A stretch of 64,000 bases of DNA, taken from assembly GCA_965205025.1 (NCBI GenBank), contig CBDBFU010000014.1, positions 196,041 through 260,040 of the forward strand. The letters run 5' to 3'. Both the position numbers and the translations under genes were made by a program. Source of the DNA: Candidatus Poribacteria bacterium (GTDB lineage Bacteria > Poribacteria > WGA-4E > WGA-3G). The notes under the pieces are model-generated. The model saw only the letters and a program-made list of their open reading frames with translations, was not told the origin of the DNA and did no database searches. The first letter of the stretch is position 1; every line of letters starts with the position of its first letter. Below are positions 9,397-17,757 of the stretch, in pieces.

Positions 9397-11367
9397 TTAT
9401 CTATCAGCAATTCCCATATCTTCTAAATCCCAGAGTAGAAGTGTACCGTTATTACTGCCACTGACAAGAATTGATCCATCAGGTGAAAAGGTGAATTTAG
9501 TCGGTCCTGCACTTTCCTCTGTATTGAATTGATGATATAATGATCTTGTCTCCATATCATAAATTCTGATTACCCCACCGTGTAAGCCAGTGACCATACT
9601 CTTACCATCAGGTGAGATTTCTAATCCCTCTGATGTTCCTCTTGCATCAAGAAAGTCAGCAATGTTTTCTTTAGTATCTGTATCCCACAATTTTATTTCA
9701 CCATTCCAAAGAGCAGTCAATAGTTTATTATCTGGTGTAAAGGTTACTTCTTCAATTCCATTTTCTGCCTGAATAGGTAATGTTGTTTTTGTAAAATCAT
9801 CAAGATTCCACAAATTCACTGTACCATCTTCACTTCCACTTGCAAACCACTTCCCATCAGGTGAGAATGTAACAGATCTTACATCTTCAGTATGACCATC
9901 AAGTGTTTTATATAACTTTCGATTAGGTACATCCCACAAGAAAACTCTCCCACGCCAATGACCACTCCCCAGTAGTTTTTCGTCTGGAGAGAATGCTAAC
10001 GTTAAAACAAACTCACTATATTTTCCAAGTGGTGGATAGAATTTCTGAGTCTCAGCATCCCATAACCGTACCTCACCCCAACACCCAGAAGCCACTGTCT
10101 TTCCGTCTTTTGAAAATATCATGTCAAAAGCATACCAGGGTGGTTTTGTCTGTATGAATTTTTCTGAGATACCTGTTTCATCCATATTTGTCTGTGTTAT
10201 AATACCATCTGAACCACCACTTAGAAGGGTTGCACCGTTATTAATAAAACGTACATCTTTGACAGATCCAGTATGTCCATGAATTGTTAAAAGTTCTTTC
10301 CCAGTATTTACCTCCCACACCTTCGCTGTTCCATCATCACTACCACTTACCAGTTTTTCTCCATCAGCAGAAAAGTGTAGTGCCTTAACTGGAAGAGTGT
10401 GTCCTATAAAGGTACGTTTTATTAACCTATTAGTGTTTTTCCTTTTGTTATTACCTGTAAGTGAACGTAACATCTTGGCTAATGAAGGTGTATTATCTCT
10501 CTCTATATGTGGTGAAGGTTCAAGATGCCATAGATTAATTTTTCCTCCTGTATCACCACTTGCGAATGTATTTCCATCAGGAGAAAATACGATTTTCTCT
10601 ACATTGCGTGTATGACCATCGTATGTAAGTAATTCCTCTCCAGATTTAGTATCCCAGCTTTTAAGAGTTGTAGAACCACCAACAAGTATTTTACTATCTG
10701 GTGAAATAGCTAAAGCCCACCCCTCGTAAGGAATTGTATGGAGTTTTTCTTTGGTGAATGGATCCCATAAGAAAAGCTCGTTTCTTGCAGCACTTGCGAT
10801 GTAATTTGAATCAGATGATAATGCTAAACCGTTAAACAACCCTTCTTGTTCACCAGTAAACGATAACACTTCTCGACTTGATTCAATCTCCCACATATGG
10901 TATTCAACATTACGATTCCAACTTAAGCAAGTAAGTAGTCTACCATCTGGGGAAAATACCAAGGATTTTACACTCCCAATTCTTTCTTTCATTACCGTAA
11001 GGAGTTCACCTTTATTGACATCCCATAATTCTACTGCACCTCCTATAACCCAGTTTCCTATAGCGAGTGTGTTACCATCTGGGGCAAATGCAATACAATT
11101 TACATTCCGAACACCTCGTGGTTTTACCTTAAGGAGAGATATTTCAGTTCCCGTATGCGCGTCATAAATCCAAACACCTATATCCGAAGCCACTGCCAAC
11201 CGTGAACCGTCCGGAGACAATTTCATATCGTTGATTCCTCCTTTACCGATACGCATTATCGCTCCATCAGGTAAGTGCCATTGGTTATAATCTTGGACTT
11301 GACTGGTTGAATGGAATACAATGAATTGCATTAGTATGCAGGTTAGAATAAGAAAAGTCTTCTTCAT
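9397..11367 (-). CDS. secreted WD40-repeat beta-propeller protein
   Basis: 656 aa; N-terminal signal peptide MKKTFLILTCILMQFIVFHS; more than 10 WD40-like units with recurring 'SPDG', 'W(D/N)' and 'GH' patterns. Confidence 0.7.
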   Translation of the reverse strand: MKKTFLILTCILMQFIVFHSTSQVQDYNQWHLPDGAIMRIGKGGINDMKLSPDGSRLAVASDIGVWIYDAHTGTEISLLKVKPRGVRNVNCIAFAPDGNTLAIGNWVIGGAVELWDVNKGELLTVMKERIGSVKSLVFSPDGRLLTCLSWNRNVEYHMWEIESSREVLSFTGEQEGLFNGLALSSDSNYIASAARNELFLWDPFTKEKLHTIPYEGWALAISPDSKILVGGSTTLKSWDTKSGEELLTYDGHTRNVEKIVFSPDGNTFASGDTGGKINLWHLEPSPHIERDNTPSLAKMLRSLTGNNKRKNTNRLIKRTFIGHTLPVKALHFSADGEKLVSGSDDGTAKVWEVNTGKELLTIHGHTGSVKDVRFINNGATLLSGGSDGIITQTNMDETGISEKFIQTKPPWYAFDMIFSKDGKTVASGCWGEVRLWDAETQKFYPPLGKYSEFVLTLAFSPDEKLLGSGHWRGRVFLWDVPNRKLYKTLDGHTEDVRSVTFSPDGKWFASGSEDGTVNLWNLDDFTKTTLPIQAENGIEEVTFTPDNKLLTALWNGEIKLWDTDTKENIADFLDARGTSEGLEISPDGKSMVTGLHGGVIRIYDMETRSLYHQFNTEESAGPTKFTFSPDGSILVSGSNNGTLLLWDLEDMGIADR

Positions 11368-11541
11368 GATATGTTCCTCATATTTATTCTATTTGATTCG
11401 GTTTGGAAACCGAACCTATCGTTGTTTTTATTAAATTATAAGATGTGACATTCAATTCTTAGTATTTGATTACAATACAGTATAACATTATTCAGTAATA
11501 TTGATACAGTTTTCAACGTGACCTATAAATACTGGTTCATC

Positions 11542-12172
11542 GGTGTGTATAGAATTATATACCATAGGCGTCAATTTAGGAGAAAAAATGTTGTATCCCA
11601 GACCGGTAGGTGCGGTTTCCCAACCGCACTATTGGGCCTCAATTTTAGACTATGACTTTATTGGTTTTGAGTCCCGGGGAATGCCTAAATGGCATTCATA
11701 CCGTTGATTTGGTAGGGACGGAATGTCTATAGAAAAAGGATCAATTAACAAAATGAGTCCCGTAGGGACGGAATGTCTATAGAAGTGGTTATCACCAATA
11801 TCCCAAGCCCCGGTGAATGCCATAAGGCATTCATACCCGGTGAACGCCAAAAGGCGTTCATACCGTTGATTCCTTGATTCGCGGGGCGAAAGGTGTGTAG
11901 AAAACGTATAAACACAAAACACTAAGCCCCGGTGAATGACTAATGAAGATTAACTAAATATTTCGGTAATTCTAATTTTCCCAAACCCGGTAGGTGCGGT
12001 TTCCTAACCGCACTGGATCTTTCTCCAAAATTACCGAATTTAAAAATTAATCTTCATATGTCATTCATACCCGGTGAACGCCAAAAGGCGTTCATACCGT
12101 TGATTCCTTGATTCGCGGGGCGAAAGGTGTATCCCTAAATTGACGCCTATGGTGTGTATAGAATTATATACC
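11542..12172. mobile_element. composite non-autonomous element: 17-bp perfect TIRs (ATAGGCGTCAATTTAGG / CCTAAATTGACGCCTAT) enclosing nested palindromic units, flanked by a perfect 22-bp direct repeat GGTGTGTATAGAATTATATACC
   Basis: Direct repeat at 11542-11563 and 12151-12172; TIRs at 11564-11580 and 12134-12150. The interior holds hairpin families C (GGTGCGGTTTCC.AACCGCAC), D (GAATGCC..A..GGCATTC + ATACCGTTGATT), E (GTCCCGTAGGGAC + GGAATGTCTATAGAA) and F (GCCCCAGCGGGGC + GAAATGTGTGTAGAAAAC), plus a 114-bp family-B MITE (11944-12057) inserted inside a D hairpin that is itself inside an F hairpin. Confidence 0.6.
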
Positions 12173-12375
12173 TACCCAATGATAGATCTTTATATGTAAG
12201 ACACCGGTGTGCTATAAAGGGTACATACAACAGAAAAATCCAACGCATCTATGCAAGCTTCTCGGCAAGTCAAATAATTAGTTGTGTCAAAATTAATTGA
12301 TTATGGTATAGGTTTTTAGTATAATATCAAACAGGAAGATAACTCCAAAATTTTCATTATTTTAAGGAAAAGAAT

Positions 12376-13146
12376 ATGCAACGTAAAAGCTCCCGATCAA
12401 AATACTGTATGGGTGAACTGATTGAACGTGAAGATTTTTCTGAAGATTTAGCCGCCTTCAAATTCAAGACTGACCAAAAACTCCCGTTTATTCCTGGACA
12501 ATATGCTACCATCGGTTTTGAAGTGAATGAAAAGATTGTTCAACGACCCTATTCAATTGTATCATCACCTCACGAAGATTTTATGGAGGTGTTTGTAGAA
12601 TTGGTACCGGAAGGTGCTACAACTCCACTGTTTTGGGAATTGAAACTTGGCGATAGTGTTTTTATCAGGGATCGTCTTGTTGGGAAGTTTGTTATGGATG
12701 TGGATAGTGGTATGACCCGTCATGTTATGGCAGGAACAGTTACAGGGGCTGCTCCTTATATCAGTATTGCTCGGACGTTGAAGATTGAACAGGAACAGGG
12801 TAAATCGAACCCGCATGAGATTCTTACTATTGTTGGGGCAAGTCGTTCATGGGAACTTGGGTATTATATGGATGAGCTGAATGAACTTGCTGCTCAGGAG
12901 GAATGGTTTAGTTTTGTGCCTACTGTGAGCCGTCCCTGGGAAGATGAAAAGTGGGAAGGTGAGAGTGGACGTGCTGAAGATGTTATCCGTAAATATGGGG
13001 ACGAGATGGGGTATGATCATACGAATTCAGTTGTTTATGCGTGTGGACATCCACAGATGATTGAGAATTCCAAGGCTATTTGGTCACGTGCACGTTTCCC
13101 TGAGGAACGGATTAAAGAGGAGAAGTTTTTTGTAATTAAGGAGTAG
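12376..13146 (+). CDS. ferredoxin--NADP+ reductase-like FAD/NAD(P)-binding oxidoreductase
   Basis: 'RPYSIVSSP' (RxYS FAD motif), 'GTVTGAAPYISI' NAD(P)-binding region, 256 aa; SD AAGGAAAAG. Confidence 0.65.
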   Translation: MQRKSSRSKYCMGELIEREDFSEDLAAFKFKTDQKLPFIPGQYATIGFEVNEKIVQRPYSIVSSPHEDFMEVFVELVPEGATTPLFWELKLGDSVFIRDRLVGKFVMDVDSGMTRHVMAGTVTGAAPYISIARTLKIEQEQGKSNPHEILTIVGASRSWELGYYMDELNELAAQEEWFSFVPTVSRPWEDEKWEGESGRAEDVIRKYGDEMGYDHTNSVVYACGHPQMIENSKAIWSRARFPEERIKEEKFFVIKE

Positions 13147-13185
13147 GTTTGACGGAGAATTGTTAAAAGATTGCATGTTAAATAA

Positions 13186-13232
13186 ATAGCGGTAACTGAT
13201 GAATTGTGCTTCGGTTACCGCTTTCTTTTTAG
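13186..13232. terminator. bidirectional rho-independent terminator between convergent genes
   Basis: AGCGGTAAC...GTTACCGCT 9-bp stem followed by TTCTTTTT; A-rich on the other side. Confidence 0.55.
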
Positions 13233-13237
13233 TAATA

Positions 13238-15724
13238 CTATTTTACTTTTCTTAGTAAATCTCTAAGATAATTTGAAGGAACAGCGAAGTTGATATTTTG
13301 TGCGCGATTTACTTTTGCTTTCGGATCAACCCTATAGTATGCCAATGTAGCGATTCCCACGACATTACCTTTATTGTCTAATACAGCTCCACCACTACTC
13401 CCTGGTGAAATAGCAGCTGTCATTTGTAACCATTTGCTTTTTCCTGTATCTCTAATGCTACTTATTATACCATCTGAAACAGTTCCTTCTAATCCTTCAG
13501 GATTACCAACAGCATAGATTTTCTCACCTACTTCGACCAGATCGCTATTGGATAAAGATAATGGGTTTGTTGTTGCCCCAGAAACTCTTAGTATAGCAAG
13601 GTCATGTTCTATATCAGTTGCTTCTATGCTCTCTACCTTGAACCTAATAGTCGTATCTACTAATCTTGCCGTTATCAATGAAGATCCTTTAATAACATGG
13701 TAGTTTGTCGCAATTAAATCACGTCGTACAAAAAAGCCACTTCCTAAACCAACTACATCACCCTTCGCATTTAGTCTGTTGAGGAACACAGTTGACGACA
13801 GTGCTTCTTGAGCAATTTGTTGTCCAGTTAGTTGAAGGTTAGATTGTTTTGTTCTTGAATTATCGTTAGGTGTAATGTGTTTATTGGGTAAATCCTTTTC
13901 TTGCTGATGTAGACTCTCTTTAAGTTTGTCCATATTACAGATAAATATTGAACCGTTTTCACAACCAATAATCAATGATCTTTGATCCTTAGAAAAAACA
14001 ATTGAAGTTATTTCACTTGGGTATGGGAGTAATGATATTTGCCCCTTGCTTTCAAAATTCTGTTGATATTGAGCTAATAAAATCTGACCCTTTTTATTCC
14101 CTATGAGAAGTATTGAATCTTCATGTCGATATCCTAAAGCTGATATAGTACCGATTGGTCCTAAATCAATACCATTTCCTATTTCTCTTCCAGTTAAGGC
14201 ATCCCATTTCCTGAGAGTACCATTTTGTTCCCCACTGAATAATATGCTACCATCTGATGAAAATGTTAAAGATGTGATAGGGTGCTGTGCCCCTGTGAGT
14301 TTCTTTAACACTCTTTCAGTTTGAATATTAAATATATAGATGTTCCCGTCGGCACCACCTGTAGCGATCACAGAATTTCTTGGTGATATTGCTAAAGCTG
14401 AGATTCCATGCGGATTTCCATTAAATCTATGAGAAACAGTTGTCGTCTGAATTGAATTTTTGTTACTAAGAATTTTCTGTACTTCAGATAAAAACACAGT
14501 TCCATCATAGCTGCCTCCACTTGCGACATGTCTTCCATCATTAGAAAATATAACGGATTGGGTTAGATCAAAATGATCCCGTATTGTAGAAAGTTCGCTG
14601 CTTGTACCTGCATCCCATATTCTGAGTTTTCCATCTAAACCTGTACCACTTGCCCGAATACGATTATCTTCAGTATACACTAATGCTTTTATCCTACCAG
14701 TATGTCCAGAAATGTCAAACTTTTTCCTCTCTCCAATTACATCCCATACAAACACTGTTCCATCTGGACTTCCACTTACAATAATCTTACTATCAGATGA
14801 ACAGTCAAGTACAGAAACTTGGTCTTTATGGCCTTTTAATGGATTCTGTTGTTCGGTATATGTCTGTGTATTCCATATTCGTATTAACTTGTCAGCACTT
14901 CCAGTAACTAATGAATTACCATTGGATAGATAACTTACTGTATAGACTGGACTCTCATGTGAGATTGTAGAGTTGAGTTTCCCACCGACACCAACTAAAC
15001 TCCATACTCTAACCGTTTGGTCTGTACTGGCACTGACTAACTTTTTTCTGTCAGGCGAAAAAACTACCTGTTCAACAGGTTTTGTATGTTCAGTAAATAA
15101 GTAAATCTGATCACCTGTATTTGCATCCCATACTTGAATAGTTCCATTTACACTACCACCCGCTACTAATTGACTATCAGACGAGAAAGCAACAGTCAAC
15201 ACGGTATCTCTATATGGTAATAATTTCGATTCTATTCTATCCCTATGATGAGCAGGAAAATTTGCAAGATTCCATAGTCTAATATTGTTATCTGCACTGG
15301 CACTTGCAAGTTTTGATCCATCAGGAGAGTATGTTAAATCATATATTTTCTTATTATGTCCCCTAAGAGTGTTTTTTTCTATATCCTGGTTTCTTCTGAC
15401 AAGATTCCATAATCTTATGGTTCTATCTTGATGGGCTGCGGCTATGTACCGTCCATCAGGAGAATATGAGATAGCGTTTGCACCACCCATAATCCCTTCG
15501 AATCTATGCACTTCACGACCTGTCCTGCTATCATATATCCAAATACCAATTGTAGTTGCTACGGCAAATTGGTCCCCATTAGGAGAAAATTTTATATCCT
15601 GAATCCATCCTTTTCCTAAGCGTTCTTCAACGAAGGCTGGAAGATTATCTTGAGCAATTAAATGTGGTGTGATAATTAAAATGAGAACTTCACAGAATAA
15701 TAACAAATACAATAATTTCTTCAT
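13238..15724 (-). CDS. secreted WD40-repeat protein fused to a C-terminal trypsin-like (S1/HtrA-type) serine protease domain
   Basis: 828 aa; signal peptide MKKLLYLLLFCEVLILIITPHLIA; about 600 aa of WD40 units. The C-terminus has 'GSGFFVRRDLIATNYHVI' (His), a D, and 'GSSGGAVLDNKGNVVGIA' (GxSGG catalytic Ser), the trypsin_2 layout. No PDZ domain. Confidence 0.7.
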   Translation of the reverse strand: MKKLLYLLLFCEVLILIITPHLIAQDNLPAFVEERLGKGWIQDIKFSPNGDQFAVATTIGIWIYDSRTGREVHRFEGIMGGANAISYSPDGRYIAAAHQDRTIRLWNLVRRNQDIEKNTLRGHNKKIYDLTYSPDGSKLASASADNNIRLWNLANFPAHHRDRIESKLLPYRDTVLTVAFSSDSQLVAGGSVNGTIQVWDANTGDQIYLFTEHTKPVEQVVFSPDRKKLVSASTDQTVRVWSLVGVGGKLNSTISHESPVYTVSYLSNGNSLVTGSADKLIRIWNTQTYTEQQNPLKGHKDQVSVLDCSSDSKIIVSGSPDGTVFVWDVIGERKKFDISGHTGRIKALVYTEDNRIRASGTGLDGKLRIWDAGTSSELSTIRDHFDLTQSVIFSNDGRHVASGGSYDGTVFLSEVQKILSNKNSIQTTTVSHRFNGNPHGISALAISPRNSVIATGGADGNIYIFNIQTERVLKKLTGAQHPITSLTFSSDGSILFSGEQNGTLRKWDALTGREIGNGIDLGPIGTISALGYRHEDSILLIGNKKGQILLAQYQQNFESKGQISLLPYPSEITSIVFSKDQRSLIIGCENGSIFICNMDKLKESLHQQEKDLPNKHITPNDNSRTKQSNLQLTGQQIAQEALSSTVFLNRLNAKGDVVGLGSGFFVRRDLIATNYHVIKGSSLITARLVDTTIRFKVESIEATDIEHDLAILRVSGATTNPLSLSNSDLVEVGEKIYAVGNPEGLEGTVSDGIISSIRDTGKSKWLQMTAAISPGSSGGAVLDNKGNVVGIATLAYYRVDPKAKVNRAQNINFAVPSNYLRDLLRKVK

Positions 15725-15780
15725 ATTGTTCCTTGATTTATATCTATATTACATCCTATGTTTATTATGAATTCCTAAGA

Positions 15781-17733
15781 TTATTCAGTTATTGCATCTC
15801 TAAGTTGTATGGCAGACTCGTATGTAGCATCAATTTCTAACGCCATATTTACATGATGTAATGCATATTCAAAGGAATCCAACCCATAATACGCAATTGC
15901 TAAGTTAAAATATGCCTTCTTGTATTGGTTGTCTATTTCTATCGCATTCATTAGGGGTTTTATAGACTTTTCATATTCACCCTTATGGATATATGCGAAT
16001 CCTATCTTAGCGTGTATTCTTTTATCATTTCTATCCAGTTCAAGACATTTATTTAATTCATTTATCCCAATATCTAACATGTTCTTATCAATAAAACTTG
16101 ATCCACGGACATAATATCTGTCCTTTATGTCAGATAATAACAATTCTGCAATTTCTAATCCTGGCTTAGTCTCTAATGCTCTTTTAGCAAATGAAACTGC
16201 TTCCTCAAGTTCATCATTATTATAGTGAATTCGACCTTCTTCCACAAATATATCCTCTCTTGTAGGTTCAGGTTTAAGACCATTCTGATCAGAGATATTA
16301 TTTGATTTTCCTACTATACGTCTCTTTATTTCTTGCATTTCATTTAGCATTTCTAAGTTATCACTATAGGCACTTACTCTAAATCTTTTATCTGCAGTAT
16401 CTATTAAATTAATAATTATACTATATATGTCATTTGAATCATCCGTACCATCTGCGATATATGAATAAGCCTTAACTAAATGTAAATAAGAACTAATTAA
16501 ATCCATTCTTTCTATGTACATAGGATATGCATACTCACTAATAAGTATATTGAAATATTCAATTGATTCCTTATAATATTCTTTGTTATTGCCTCCAGCC
16601 ATGTAATAACAATAACCGCACCAATATAGTGCGTAGACTTTGTCATCAGACAATAAATCACTAATTGCCAATCGTTTAAATAGAGTAGCTGCTTCTAAGA
16701 ATTTACCATTAAAACGTAAGGAAGTTGCCTTACGGAAAAGATCTGAGTTATTAGTTTTTGGTCCTACAGTTTCATCCATATCTTCTGGAACAAAATATGT
16801 TTCTTTAGATTTATTGTCCAATAATTGTTTATATGTTGGGTTGTTAGTCCTATCAATTGCTAACTGATAGTATCTTCGTGCCTCAGGATAATTGCTCACA
16901 TCAGTATAGATATCAGCAATTAACTCATAAGCTTTAGATAAATACTGACTATTTGGGTTGTCTGTAATCGTTTTTAACACTAAAAATGCATCGAATGCCT
17001 TATCTTGTTTTTTTAACTCAACGGCTGTTTGATAAAGGGTTTCATCAGTGAGTTGTTTGTTCTCAGCATTTTCGTCCCTATCCACATTGACATTTTGAGT
17101 TTTATTATTTTCCACTAAAAGATTTGATAAACGGTGTTCTATATCAGTACGATAGTTTGTAGTTGGAAATTCATCAATTAGTCGGTTAAACGCAGCATGA
17201 GCTTCTTCATAGTTTCGTGGGTTAGAATTTATTATACCAATTTTATATAATGCTTCTTCAACTAATGAACTCTGAGGATATAGCCGAATAAAGTGAGAAT
17301 ATTTTTCATCAGCTTCCAAAGGCATTTTGTTCTTATATAATATTTCTGCCCATAAGAATGTAAGATTTGACTTATGTCGGATCTCATTAGTGTTTGATAT
17401 AGATTGTCGGATATGATTCAATGCAATCGGATAGTATTTCTGTCTGTTGAAATCACTAATTTCACCCAGTTTTTCATAACACAGTGCAATCTTATAATTT
17501 GCCAGGCCCGTGAAGTCGTTATCAATGAATTTAGGTCTTGCTCCGACTTTGTTGGAGGCTTTTATTGCTTTCTTATAGATCTTTATTGCTTCCTCGTATT
17601 TTCGAATTTCAAATAAATTTTCAGCATGATCATAATGTTTCTCGACTTTCTTTGCACTTCCTAAAACAAGAGGGGATAGTAAAGCAATTATTAATGCCAC
17701 TCCTCCAATTATTCCGAGAGTTTTTGTATCCAT
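15781..17733 (-). CDS. membrane-anchored TPR-repeat protein
   Basis: 650 aa; N-terminal TM 'LGIIGGVALIIALLSPLVLG'; multiple TPR-like A..Y...G patterns. Confidence 0.6.
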   Translation of the reverse strand: MDTKTLGIIGGVALIIALLSPLVLGSAKKVEKHYDHAENLFEIRKYEEAIKIYKKAIKASNKVGARPKFIDNDFTGLANYKIALCYEKLGEISDFNRQKYYPIALNHIRQSISNTNEIRHKSNLTFLWAEILYKNKMPLEADEKYSHFIRLYPQSSLVEEALYKIGIINSNPRNYEEAHAAFNRLIDEFPTTNYRTDIEHRLSNLLVENNKTQNVNVDRDENAENKQLTDETLYQTAVELKKQDKAFDAFLVLKTITDNPNSQYLSKAYELIADIYTDVSNYPEARRYYQLAIDRTNNPTYKQLLDNKSKETYFVPEDMDETVGPKTNNSDLFRKATSLRFNGKFLEAATLFKRLAISDLLSDDKVYALYWCGYCYYMAGGNNKEYYKESIEYFNILISEYAYPMYIERMDLISSYLHLVKAYSYIADGTDDSNDIYSIIINLIDTADKRFRVSAYSDNLEMLNEMQEIKRRIVGKSNNISDQNGLKPEPTREDIFVEEGRIHYNNDELEEAVSFAKRALETKPGLEIAELLLSDIKDRYYVRGSSFIDKNMLDIGINELNKCLELDRNDKRIHAKIGFAYIHKGEYEKSIKPLMNAIEIDNQYKKAYFNLAIAYYGLDSFEYALHHVNMALEIDATYESAIQLRDAITE

Positions 17734-17757
17734 ACTAACTCCTTATTCTTTCGGGAC

